DNA from: Acidimicrobiia bacterium
Lineage (GTDB): Bacteria > Actinomycetota > Acidimicrobiia > Spongiisociales > ZC4RG35
Direction: 5' to 3'
Length of the DNA: 64,000 nt
Assembly (NCBI GenBank): GCA_965203555.1
Contig: CBDBCY010000004.1
Location: 2,336,001-2,400,000, forward strand
The position numbers were made by a program, and so were the translations under genes. The notes below the pieces were generated by a model, which did no database searches, had not been told where the DNA came from, and saw only the letters and a list, made by a program, of their open reading frames with translations. Positions 54,671-64,000 of the stretch are shown here, piece after piece; within the stretch, counting starts at the first letter, position 1, and each line of letters starts with the position of its first letter.

Positions 54671-56404
54671 TTGTCAGGCCGCATAGACGAGGGGATCCGC
54701 TACGAACCGGAAGAGCGTTGCTCTCTCTGGCTGGCCGCCGGGGTGGGGATACAGGGCGTGGTGACCGTGCTGGCGATAATCGTCCTGGTGGCGGTCTTCA
54801 CTGTCCTGGCAGCAGATCAGGGCCGCCAATACCTGGAATGGTCTGTTTTTGCAGCGTTGGTTATCAGCGGAGTGGTCTCCGTGTTGCAAGCGGCCCGGAT
54901 CGGGCGACTGGGTGGAGGTCATGTGCTCATTTCGGGAGTAACACCCAACTACATCCCGATCTCTGTCCTGGCGCTGGAGGTGGGAGGTCCCGAGGTGTTG
55001 GCCGGCCTTATCGTTCTGTCGGCGCTCTTTTACCTGGTAGTGGCGGCGTGGCTCCCGCTGCTGCGCCGAATCATCACTCCGGTTGTTGCCGGCACGGTGT
55101 TGATGCTGATCGCCACCATGATCCTCCCCGTAGCCGTTGATCGTCTTGTAGAAGTGCCTGTGGGAGCATCACAGGGCGCCGGCCTCGGTGTGGTGGCAGT
55201 GACGCTGGCTGTCACCACCGTCCTGGTGCTCCGGGCTACCGGGACCTGGCGGATGTGGTCCCTGCTGATCGGGATCGCGGTGGGGGGTCTGGCCGCTGTT
55301 CCGTTTGGACTGTACGAACTGGAGCGAGTTTCGGGGGCGCCTTGGTTTGGGATTCCCGAGGGAGGCCTCCCCGGACTGGATCTGACCTTGACCGCCGAGG
55401 CATGGGCGCTGGCGCCGATGTTTCTGATCGTCACTCTCGTGCAGGCCATCAAGAACATCGGCGACAACATGGCCGCTCAGCAGGTATCCTATCGCAGGCA
55501 CAGGGCGATAGATTTCCGTTCGGTCCAGGGGGCTATCTACGCGAACGGGGTCGGGATACTGCTCTCGGGGCTGGCCGGGGCTCCGCCCTCGTCCTCCTAT
55601 TCGTCGTCGACTGTCTCGCTGGTGCGTCTCACGGGGGTGGCTGCTCGTCGGGTGGGATATGCGATGGGAGTGATCCTCGTGGGACTGGCTTTGTTCCCCA
55701 AGGCGACGGCGGTTTTGTTGGGGATACCGACTCCGGTGATGGGAGCAGTATTGCTAACCGTGACCGGTCTGCTTTTCATGGAAGGTTTGCGTGCCGTGTC
55801 CCAGGGCGGCCTCGATCCCCGGAACATCCTGCTGGTGGGAATGGCCTATGCCGTGGGCGTGGGCATGGAGCAGCGGAACATTCTGGAGGGGCTCGTGGCG
55901 CAGCCATGGGATTCGCTGCTCGGCGACGGCCTCACCCTGGGCACCGCCACCGCCGTGGGACTGTCGTTGTTTCTCAGGGCAACCAGTCCGCGACCGAGGC
56001 GCCTGGAGGCGGTCCTGGACGCCTCCGCTTTTCCTGCCATCGACTCTTTCCTTGAAGAGATGGCCCGCGAGAAGGGCTGGGACAACTCTTCTGTCCAGCG
56101 GCTGCGCTCGGCTGGTGAGGAGACGCTCTCCAGTTTGCTGCAACCCGGCAACACATACGAGAACCAGGAGACCCCGCGGCTGATCGTGGTGGCGTATCTC
56201 GACGAAAAGTCCGTAGAGATGGAGTTCATGGCGGTCTTGGAACAGGAAAACCTGGAGGACCGCCTTGCCCATCTGGCCGAAGAGGACCAGGAATGGGATG
56301 AAAGAGAGCTTTCATTTCGCCTTCTTCGCCACCACGCTTCCAGTGTCCGGCATCAGAAATACCAAGGCATAGACATAGTTACGGTGAAGGTTGAGAGTTC
56401 CTAA
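54671..56404 (+). CDS. NCS2 (xanthine/uracil-type) permease with C-terminal HATPase-like domain
   Basis: IITPVVAGTV, LTGVAARRVG, LFPK, IPTPVMG; soluble ~135-aa tail. Confidence 0.82.
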   Translation: MSGRIDEGIRYEPEERCSLWLAAGVGIQGVVTVLAIIVLVAVFTVLAADQGRQYLEWSVFAALVISGVVSVLQAARIGRLGGGHVLISGVTPNYIPISVLALEVGGPEVLAGLIVLSALFYLVVAAWLPLLRRIITPVVAGTVLMLIATMILPVAVDRLVEVPVGASQGAGLGVVAVTLAVTTVLVLRATGTWRMWSLLIGIAVGGLAAVPFGLYELERVSGAPWFGIPEGGLPGLDLTLTAEAWALAPMFLIVTLVQAIKNIGDNMAAQQVSYRRHRAIDFRSVQGAIYANGVGILLSGLAGAPPSSSYSSSTVSLVRLTGVAARRVGYAMGVILVGLALFPKATAVLLGIPTPVMGAVLLTVTGLLFMEGLRAVSQGGLDPRNILLVGMAYAVGVGMEQRNILEGLVAQPWDSLLGDGLTLGTATAVGLSLFLRATSPRPRRLEAVLDASAFPAIDSFLEEMAREKGWDNSSVQRLRSAGEETLSSLLQPGNTYENQETPRLIVVAYLDEKSVEMEFMAVLEQENLEDRLAHLAEEDQEWDERELSFRLLRHHASSVRHQKYQGIDIVTVKVESS

Positions 56405-56452
56405 TTCCTGAGTGGGGGCCGGTTCTATTTGTCCCGCCGACGGGAATGAAAC

Positions 56453-57397
56453 TCAATCCACTCCGATAGTTTCGAGAAACTCCCTCAGGGCAGAGGCGCA
56501 GGCCTGCGGTTGTTCGAGCTGAAGGAAGTGGGTGGCGTCCGGAAGGAAGTCGTAGTCGACAGTGAGTATGTCGCTCAGGTCAAGCGTTGGCAGAAAGGAG
56601 AAGGGGAGTGTGGGGTCCGCTCCGAATACCTTGGTAGGGGATTGCAACCTGTCGAAATCAACCATCACCGAGAATACTCCGGCGTATTCGACAATCCTCG
56701 CTTCGTATTCCCTGGGGCACCGAAGTTCGTAATCGTGGCCGTCCGTTCTTCGACGCAGGGTCGTCGCCGCCATGAGCTCCAAGACTCCTGGGACGACGCT
56801 GGAGAACATCGGGACGAATCGAAGGATGTAGGAAAAGTCCTCTTTGTCCGGGAAGCGCTCGGAACGATGGCGAGTCAGGAAGGCGTTGCGTGTGGCTGCC
56901 GCTTCCATTTCCTCGTAGCTCCTGCCTGGTTTGCAGAGAGGCGGATCGAACAGCATACGTCCGGAGAACGCGCTTCCATTGGTGGGGGACAAGAGTGAAA
57001 TCAAGGCTGAAACGGAGTGGAACACCCCTACCTTGGGTTTCGCTCCGAAGTGTCGATCGATAGCCTCCATGACGAGTTCGTGGTCATTGACGAATGTTGG
57101 GACATTGTGCTTTTCGATGGTTCCCACCGGGTTCCACCCATGGTTTCTGAGGTCATAGATGATCAGGTCGTAGTCGTCGACCAAGAGAGACCAGAACGGG
57201 TAATAGAGGTCGCTGGCGAGGCCGTTGCCGTGGCTGAGCACCAGCCGAGGCCCCTCCGGGTTGCCGTGACGGCGAAGGACGATGACTCCATCTCCCTCCA
57301 ATCTCACCCTACGAACCGAGAGTGGCTCAGGTACCTGCCAGACGGGATCTTGATCAGAAGTCAAATGGCTTGTCATAGTACCCTTTGGCTCATCCAC
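56453..57397 (-). CDS. Alpha/beta hydrolase associated with the sup-type PKS
   Basis: SHGNG, YDLRNHG, FHSVS nucleophile elbow, THFLQLEQP. Confidence 0.85.
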   Translation of the reverse strand: MDEPKGTMTSHLTSDQDPVWQVPEPLSVRRVRLEGDGVIVLRRHGNPEGPRLVLSHGNGLASDLYYPFWSLLVDDYDLIIYDLRNHGWNPVGTIEKHNVPTFVNDHELVMEAIDRHFGAKPKVGVFHSVSALISLLSPTNGSAFSGRMLFDPPLCKPGRSYEEMEAAATRNAFLTRHRSERFPDKEDFSYILRFVPMFSSVVPGVLELMAATTLRRRTDGHDYELRCPREYEARIVEYAGVFSVMVDFDRLQSPTKVFGADPTLPFSFLPTLDLSDILTVDYDFLPDATHFLQLEQPQACASALREFLETIGVD

Positions 57398-57666
57398 ATG
57401 AGGTCCCTCCGCCGGTTATCCTGGCCCGCTCGGGGTGTCGACCCGGAAGCGGCGCCGTTCGAAGGTGGGTTTGTCGCCGGAGTCCTTCCGTACTTCTCCG
57501 GTCCGGGCTCATCTCGGGGACGCGGCAGGGTGGGCGCCACCACCGGAGCGGCCGACCCGTCGGACGATTCGGCCCGGTCGGATGGCTTTCGCCTTCGGCT
57601 GCCGCTGGTAATGATCGCTTGTAGGTATTTTGAGAGAGACAACCTGAGTACGGGGACAGGTGCCTT

Positions 57667-60600
57667 ATGACGCTGAGAGAGTCTTCCGGCCCATCCAGAC
57701 GATCCGTCGCCTCTTTCGTGGCCGAAGAACGGGACATGTCTTCGAGCGGAGAGCCGATCGCGATCGTGGGCATGGCGTGCCGGTTCCCCGGCGCGCCCGA
57801 TCTGGCGGCCTTCTGGCGGCTTCTGGAAAGGGGCGGGAACGCGGTGACAGAAGGAGTCCCCGGCTCGGGGGTGGGGCGAGTGGGCGAGCTCTATCCGGAT
57901 GCCGAAGTCCAGAGCGAGGCCTGCCGTTTCGGAGCTTTCATCGAGGGGATCGACCTGTTCGACGCTGAGTTCTTTCGCATCTCGCCGGTGGAGGCGCAAC
58001 TCCTGGACCCTCAACAGAGGTTGATGTTGGAGACCAGTTGGCAGGCCCTGGAAGATGCGGGCATGGACCCGGAACGATTGAAGGGAAGCCGCACCGGGGT
58101 CTACATCGGCATCAGCAACATGGACTACCGGCTCCTGAACCTGGATTCCAGCCAGACCGCCGAGGCTGCCACCAGCCTGTACGCCGTGAGCGGCACCTCC
58201 CTGAACACCGCGGCCGGGCGGGTCGCCTTTGCCCTGGGCCTGGAAGGGCCCGCCATGGCGGTGGACACCGCCTGCTCCTCGTCGCTGGTGGCGGTGCACC
58301 AGGCGGTCTCGGCCCTGCAGCGGGACGAGGCGAGTGTGATCCTGGCCGGTGGAGTGCAGGCGGTCCTCAACGGTCGTCTGACCGAGTTGCGGGCCAATGC
58401 CCGGATGTTGTCCCCGGATGGAAAATGCAAGGCCTTCGACGCCTCGGCCAACGGCTTCGTCCGTGGGGAGGGCTGCGGAATAGTGGTGCTGAAGAGGCTC
58501 AGGGATGCAGAGGCTGACGGCGACCGGATCTGGGGAGTGATCCTGGGATCCGCCCTCAACCAGGACGGCACGAGTGCCGGGTTCACGGTACCCAGCGAAC
58601 GGGCCCAGGCAGAGGTGATCACCGAAGCGCTGCGCCGGGCCGGGGTCGCTCCCTGGCAGGTGGACTACCTGGAGGCTCACGGAACGGGCACCGAGGTTGG
58701 CGACCCGATCGAGTTGAACTCCGCCGGCGCCGTGTACGGCCAGGGCAGGGAACCGGACCGGCCCCTGCTGGTCGGCTCGGTCAAGACGAACATCGGCCAC
58801 TTGGAACCGGCGGCCGGAGTCGCCGGTCTGATGAAGGTCATCCTGTCGATGCAGCATGGGACAGTGCCCAAGCATTTGCACTTCCGGGACCCGAACCCCG
58901 GCGTGGCCTGGGACGCCCTCCCGTTGCAGATAGCCACTGAATGCACCGACTGGCCGGTGCATACCGACCGTCCTCCCCGGGCGGGCATCAGCGCCTACGG
59001 GTGGTCGGGAACCAACGCCCACGTGGTTGTCGAAGGATATGGGGAGCCGGTACGTGGCTCGGACCAAGGAGGGAGACCGTCAGGACCTGCGGGCCTCTAT
59101 CGCGACATTGCCGTGTCTCTACCCAATTCGGGCGCCGGGATGGCGCCCTCCCCGGACGAAGTCGCAGACCGCCCGGCGCGGCTCCTGCCCCTCTCGGCCA
59201 AGTCGGAGGTCGCCTTGCGTGAGTTGGCGGACCGCTACCTGTCCTGGTTGGATGAGCAGGCAGACGCCCCATCAGCCAATGGATCCGCCGCCGACCTGCA
59301 CCCCGGTGACATGACGTGGACCGCCGCAGAGGGTCGCGGGCACTTCGACTTCCGGGCCGGAGTGGTCTTCCGGGACATGGCTTCCCTGCGAGCCGGTTTG
59401 AAGGCAGTCGCCGGGATGGAATCTCCATCTTCCCCGCGGAATGCCCGGAGGGTGGCCTTCGCCTTCACGGGGCAGGGCGCCCAGTGGCAGGGTATGGGCC
59501 AATCCCTCTATCGCAGCGAACCGGTCGCCCGGGCCGTTCTGGACCGATGCGACCAACTGATCCGACAAGAGCGGGGAGTGTCACTGCTGGATGTCATGTT
59601 CGGCAGGCCCGCCGCGGCAGGTGACCTGCACGACCCGGCGTGGACCCAGCCGGCCATCTATGCCCTGCAGTGCGCCCTCTCCGCTCTCTGGGAGAGCGTG
59701 GGGATCAGGCCCGAGGTGGTGCTGGGACATAGCCTGGGCGAGATTGCGGCCGCGCATGCCGCCGGAGTCTTCACCCTTGAAGAGGGACTCCGGTTCGCCT
59801 CCACCAGGGGGACGCTGATGGCGGCCCTTCCCAGCGCCGGGGCGATGGCCGCGGTGTTCGCCCCCGAACGCCGGGTGAAGGCGGAGGTGGCCGAATGGAA
59901 TGAAGCCCGCGGCGCCGCCGACCTTTGCGTTGCGGTGGACAACGGCGCTCACCAGGTGATCAGCGGTCCGGCCGCGCAAGTGCACGCCTTTTCGGACCGC
60001 ATGGAGGAGGCGGGTGTGAAGGTACGACGGCTGGCGCCCAGCCCCGCCTACCACAGCCCGCTGGTGGAACCGGCCCTCGACGACCTGGAGGCATTCTTCG
60101 CGGACGTGGCCGTCTCTTCGGCCGGAATCCCGCTGGTCAGCAACGTGACGGGAAGGGTGGTGGAGCCCGGCATGGCGATGGATGGGGCTTACTGGCGCCG
60201 TCAGGCCGGTGAGCCGGTCGCCTTCCGAAGCTCCGTGGAGACGCTGGCCGCCCTGGGCGTGGATGCGGTTATCGAGCTTGGGCCCCACGCGGTGCTCGGG
60301 CCCCTGGTTTCGGTCAACTGGCCCCAGAACCCGGGGAACCTTGAGGGCCCTGCGGTGCTGGTCAGTCTGCTGCGGCCTTCCTGGGACGGGTCGGAGCCCG
60401 AGAGGGCCGATGCCTTCCTGCAGGCGGTGGCTGGAGCCTACGAGGGGGGCCTGCCCGTCTCCTTTGAGGGACTGTTCGCCGGGGAGTCCCGGCGCCGGGT
60501 GGCCCTGCCCGGATATCCCTTCCAGCGACGGCGCCACTGGGTGCCGAAGGCGGGGAGGCGGAGACGGGGCGACGCCCACCCCCTGCTGGGTGTCAGGCAC

Positions 60601-63600
60601 GAGTCCCCGCGCGGCGAGATCATGTTCGAGACGGAGATGTCTCCGTCGGATCCCGGGTGGCTGTCCGACCACCAGGTCTACGGGCGGGTGGTGATGCCCG
60701 GCGCGGTCTACGGGGCCATGGCCGCCTCCGCGTCAGTGGCCGACGGGCGCGGACCGGCAGCAGTCGAGGACCTGCAACTACATAACCCGCTGGTATTTCC
60801 GTCCCACGACGCGGGCAGCGAGGCGGAAGTCCCGGGTCGGCAGGTGCAAGTGCTCCTGGACAAGGTGGATGGCGCCCAGCCCCGGGGATTCGAGATCTTT
60901 AGCAGGGGGCCTAACGAAGAGGGTTGGACGATTCACGCCGAGGGCAGGCTGGTCCCCATCGATGGGCGCTTGGATGGTCGGGACCGGACCGACCCGGGCG
61001 TCTTGAGGGCCGGGATGCAGATCCAGGACCTGCGCGCCTATTACCGGGCCAAGGAGGCGACCGGGATTGACTTCGGCCCGCGCTTTAGGTCCCTGGAAGC
61101 TCTGTGGGGACGACCGGGGGAGGCGGTCGGCGAGGTTGTCCTGACAGAACCCGGGGAAGCAGGAGGCTCGCAGATACACCCGCTGTTGCTGGACGGGTGC
61201 TTCCAGGTGCTGTCGGCAGCCCGCGACCTGGCCGGTGTCGGGACCGGCGCCACCTACCTGCCTTTCGCCTGGGAGCGACTGTGGTTGAACGGTCCCCTTC
61301 CTGACCGGTTGGTCTGCCATGCTCGCATGAGAGACTCCGACCGGACTGCCGATGCCCAGGCGGGGGAACAGCCGGAAACCCTGACAGGGGACTTGATTTT
61401 CTACGATCACCAGGGTGCGGTCCTCGGCGGACTGGAGGGATACACCGTAAAGCGGGCCACCCGGGCGGCGCTCCTCTCGGCCTCGGAGGAACTGGGGGAG
61501 ATGCTCTACGAGGTGGCCTGGCGTGAACGCCCACTGGCCGGTGGGCTGGTGTCGGCCGAAGCTCTGACCGGGCCGGCGGCGGTGAGTGAAAACACGAGCC
61601 CGTTTGCAGACTATCTGTCGAGCGAGGGTGTGGCGATGGAGGACCGCGCCATGCTCCTCAACGACCTGGAGTGTCTCTCCCGCTCATACGCTCTCGCCGC
61701 CCTGGAAGAGTTGGGCTGGCGACGGCGCCGCGGCGAGGCGGTCGAGCCCGAGACTCTCCGAGATCTTTTGGGGATCGAACCGGAACACACCAGGTTGGTG
61801 GGACGATTGCTCCGGCTGGTGAGGGACGCCGGACTGCTCAGTGGACCCGATGATGAGGGGAGATACATCGTAGAAGTCGACACCGGGGGACCCTTGGGGG
61901 ATGAAGCACTGGCCGACTCCGAGGCCTTTGCAGACAGGGTGGCGGAACGGCACCCCCATGGCCTCAACGAGTTGGGCCTGGTAAGGAGGAGCGGCATCGC
62001 CCTGGCGGGCGGGCTTTGCGGGACCGTCGACATCCTGGAGGTCCTCTTTCGCAGCGAGGGACCGGGGGTAACCGAGTACTACTTCGCCGCCCCCGCCTCC
62101 CGGGCGTCCAACCGGCTCCTGGCCGACGCGGTTGCCCAGGTGGCGAAGGACTGGCCGGAGGATCGACCCCTGCGGGTGATCGAGGTCGGAGCGGGCACGG
62201 GTTCGGCCACGTCGGTGGTGTTGGCGGAACTCCCGGACGCGTGTGACTACATGTTCACCGACATCTCGGCCGGCTTCTTTGCGGAAGCAGAAAGCCGGTT
62301 TGCAGATTCGCCGATACCGATGGAGTACCGACCGCTGGACATTGAAAGGGCGCCGTCCGCCCAGGAATTCGAACCTCATGCCTACGACCTGATCATTGCG
62401 GCGAACGTGCTCCACGCCACTCGCGATCTGGATGAGACCCTGACCAACTGCCTCGAGTTGCTGGCGCCCTCCGGCCAGTTGATCGCGCTGGAGAACATGC
62501 GGGGTCGCGGCTGGCAGGACATCACCTTCGGACTGCTGGATGGCTGGTGGCGGTTCGCCGACGACTGCCGACCGGATCACGCCATGGCTCTGCCCTCGGT
62601 TTGGCGTCAGGCTCTGGTGGATGCGGGCTATGACGAGGTGAGTTTCCTGGGGATCGAGGGAGTCGAAGAGGGCGGGCCCTTTGGCTCCAGCGTCTTTCTC
62701 GCGCAGGGTCCGGCGGAAGTCGCCCTACCCGCCGGATTGTGGGTGATGTGCTCGGCGGGCGACGATGTGAGCCTTGAGATGGCGAGAGAACTGGCGAGAA
62801 GGAACCAGACCGTGGTTGTGGCCGATTCGACTCTGCCACCCGGTCCGCCCGAGGGCGAGCGGAAGGTTGTTAGGAGGGCCGTGGTGGCCGACAGCCGGGA
62901 GTCGTGGCGGGACCTTCTCGATGAACTCCCCGAAGACATTCCGTTCCGGGGTGTGGTGCACCTGGGCGCCCTCCGGGGGCACGGACCGCAGGCTTCCGTG
63001 GCACAACTGCGGGAGGACACCACGGATGCCGGGGGCAGCGCCCTGGCCCTGGTGCAGGCCCTGCTGGACGCCGATGTCGCTCCGGAGAACGGTCTCTGGT
63101 TCATCACATTGGGTGCTCAGGCGCTGGAACGGGACTACATGCGCGATTGCGTCGGAGAACCGGCCGGGGCCGTCCTGTGGGGCTTCGGCAGAGCGGTGGC
63201 CAGAGAAGCATCCCACCTTCTCCCGCGCATGCTGGACATCGACCCCGCCGATCCGGCCCCTATCACCCGTCTGGTCGACGAACTCATGTATGCCGACCAG
63301 GAAACCCAGGTCGCTCTCCGGGACGGCGACCGACTGGCCGCCCGCCTGATCCGAACCGGGGCCTCCAGAACCCGCGTGGACCTGCCGGAAGACCCGGCTT
63401 GGCGTCTCATGCCCGACGCGGAGGGAATGCTGGAAGGACTCTCCGCCCAGCCTGCACCGAGGCGGCCCCTGGGACCGGGGCAGGTCCGGGTGGCGGTGGA
63501 AGCAGTCGGGGTTAACTTCCTGGACGTACTGCTGAGCATGGGCGTGGTGGATTCGGCAGAGCCCCTGCTGGGCGAGGAATTCTGCGGGGGAATAGTGGAG

Positions 63601-64000
63601 ACCGCCCCGGACGTCACCGATTTCGCGGTGGGCGACCGCGTGGCCGGACTCTCCTTCGGCACCTTCTCACCCGAGGTGGTGACGCAGGTGGAGTTGGTGG
63701 CGCAGGCACCGCGTGGTGTCTCGGCCGCCGCCCTGGCGACCATCCCGTCGGCCTTCGTGAGCGCCGGGCTGAGCTTCGAGATGGCCGGGTTGAAGGCCGG
63801 TGCCCGTGTGCTCATCCACACCGCCTCGGGTGGGGTGGGACTGGCGGCGGTGCAGTTGGCGCAGGCCGCAGGCTGGGAGGTGTTCGCCACGGCCAGCGCC
63901 CCCAAGCAAGCGTATTTGCGGTCTGTGGGGATCGAGCATGTCTTCGACAGTCGAACAACCGACTTCGGGCGGGGAGTCCTGGATGCAACGGGCGGCGACG
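57667..64000 (+). CDS. supA: SupA-like type I PKS (KS-AT-DH-cMT-ER...), truncated by the window end
   Basis: Open frame absent from the ORF track because it has no stop in the window: DTACSSS/EAHGTGT/NIGH (KS), GHSLG/PAYHS (AT), DHQVYGRVVMPG (DH), EVGAGTGS/ANVLHAT (cMT), HTASGGVG (ER); alternative start 57736. Confidence 0.9.
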   Translation, partial: MTLRESSGPSRRSVASFVAEERDMSSSGEPIAIVGMACRFPGAPDLAAFWRLLERGGNAVTEGVPGSGVGRVGELYPDAEVQSEACRFGAFIEGIDLFDAEFFRISPVEAQLLDPQQRLMLETSWQALEDAGMDPERLKGSRTGVYIGISNMDYRLLNLDSSQTAEAATSLYAVSGTSLNTAAGRVAFALGLEGPAMAVDTACSSSLVAVHQAVSALQRDEASVILAGGVQAVLNGRLTELRANARMLSPDGKCKAFDASANGFVRGEGCGIVVLKRLRDAEADGDRIWGVILGSALNQDGTSAGFTVPSERAQAEVITEALRRAGVAPWQVDYLEAHGTGTEVGDPIELNSAGAVYGQGREPDRPLLVGSVKTNIGHLEPAAGVAGLMKVILSMQHGTVPKHLHFRDPNPGVAWDALPLQIATECTDWPVHTDRPPRAGISAYGWSGTNAHVVVEGYGEPVRGSDQGGRPSGPAGLYRDIAVSLPNSGAGMAPSPDEVADRPARLLPLSAKSEVALRELADRYLSWLDEQADAPSANGSAADLHPGDMTWTAAEGRGHFDFRAGVVFRDMASLRAGLKAVAGMESPSSPRNARRVAFAFTGQGAQWQGMGQSLYRSEPVARAVLDRCDQLIRQERGVSLLDVMFGRPAAAGDLHDPAWTQPAIYALQCALSALWESVGIRPEVVLGHSLGEIAAAHAAGVFTLEEGLRFASTRGTLMAALPSAGAMAAVFAPERRVKAEVAEWNEARGAADLCVAVDNGAHQVISGPAAQVHAFSDRMEEAGVKVRRLAPSPAYHSPLVEPALDDLEAFFADVAVSSAGIPLVSNVTGRVVEPGMAMDGAYWRRQAGEPVAFRSSVETLAALGVDAVIELGPHAVLGPLVSVNWPQNPGNLEGPAVLVSLLRPSWDGSEPERADAFLQAVAGAYEGGLPVSFEGLFAGESRRRVALPGYPFQRRRHWVPKAGRRRRGDAHPLLGVRHESPRGEIMFETEMSPSDPGWLSDHQVYGRVVMPGAVYGAMAASASVADGRGPAAVEDLQLHNPLVFPSHDAGSEAEVPGRQVQVLLDKVDGAQPRGFEIFSRGPNEEGWTIHAEGRLVPIDGRLDGRDRTDPGVLRAGMQIQDLRAYYRAKEATGIDFGPRFRSLEALWGRPGEAVGEVVLTEPGEAGGSQIHPLLLDGCFQVLSAARDLAGVGTGATYLPFAWERLWLNGPLPDRLVCHARMRDSDRTADAQAGEQPETLTGDLIFYDHQGAVLGGLEGYTVKRATRAALLSASEELGEMLYEVAWRERPLAGGLVSAEALTGPAAVSENTSPFADYLSSEGVAMEDRAMLLNDLECLSRSYALAALEELGWRRRRGEAVEPETLRDLLGIEPEHTRLVGRLLRLVRDAGLLSGPDDEGRYIVEVDTGGPLGDEALADSEAFADRVAERHPHGLNELGLVRRSGIALAGGLCGTVDILEVLFRSEGPGVTEYYFAAPASRASNRLLADAVAQVAKDWPEDRPLRVIEVGAGTGSATSVVLAELPDACDYMFTDISAGFFAEAESRFADSPIPMEYRPLDIERAPSAQEFEPHAYDLIIAANVLHATRDLDETLTNCLELLAPSGQLIALENMRGRGWQDITFGLLDGWWRFADDCRPDHAMALPSVWRQALVDAGYDEVSFLGIEGVEEGGPFGSSVFLAQGPAEVALPAGLWVMCSAGDDVSLEMARELARRNQTVVVADSTLPPGPPEGERKVVRRAVVADSRESWRDLLDELPEDIPFRGVVHLGALRGHGPQASVAQLREDTTDAGGSALALVQALLDADVAPENGLWFITLGAQALERDYMRDCVGEPAGAVLWGFGRAVAREASHLLPRMLDIDPADPAPITRLVDELMYADQETQVALRDGDRLAARLIRTGASRTRVDLPEDPAWRLMPDAEGMLEGLSAQPAPRRPLGPGQVRVAVEAVGVNFLDVLLSMGVVDSAEPLLGEEFCGGIVETAPDVTDFAVGDRVAGLSFGTFSPEVVTQVELVAQAPRGVSAAALATIPSAFVSAGLSFEMAGLKAGARVLIHTASGGVGLAAVQLAQAAGWEVFATASAPKQAYLRSVGIEHVFDSRTTDFGRGVLDATGGD

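Noticed and set aside
57373-60672. Long minus-strand ORFs (564 and 363 aa)
   Set aside because: Antisense shadows of the PKS

Overview
A GC-rich actinobacterial chromosome segment, most likely from a sponge-associated Acidimicrobiia symbiont. That assignment is inferred from a sup-type PKS cluster, SLH-repeat relics, an F420-type oxidoreductase and many leaderless genes. The housekeeping backbone includes ilvBNC-leuA-leuB with a leader-peptide attenuator, ilvD, queG, fabDHG-acpP, ltaE, ggt and transporters. Accessory DNA interrupts it in four places: (1) an IS21 element splitting a DUF418 gene; (2) two HEPN loci, each broken by a 1-nt frameshift; (3) a 1.84-kb mosaic of relics bounded by a 31-bp direct repeat of an enoyl-CoA hydratase 3' end; (4) a ~8.5-kb candidate defence/repair island. 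The island holds the most striking object, a 1741-aa fusion of a DEDDh exonuclease, an FeS-less DinG helicase and a complete RecQ helicase. It abuts a gene for a degenerate-NERD/UvrD-like SF1 helicase and converges on a VapBC45-like TA pair. Also notable are two paralogous ~170-190-nt structured non-coding RNAs with their own promoters (6S/Ms1-like; one follows a 5-formyl-THF cyclo-ligase gene) and a ClpX zinc finger fused to an apparently dead HutI-like amidohydrolase. The window ends inside a SupA-like PKS (KS-AT-DH-cMT-ER). All calls come from reading motifs by eye; no searches were run.
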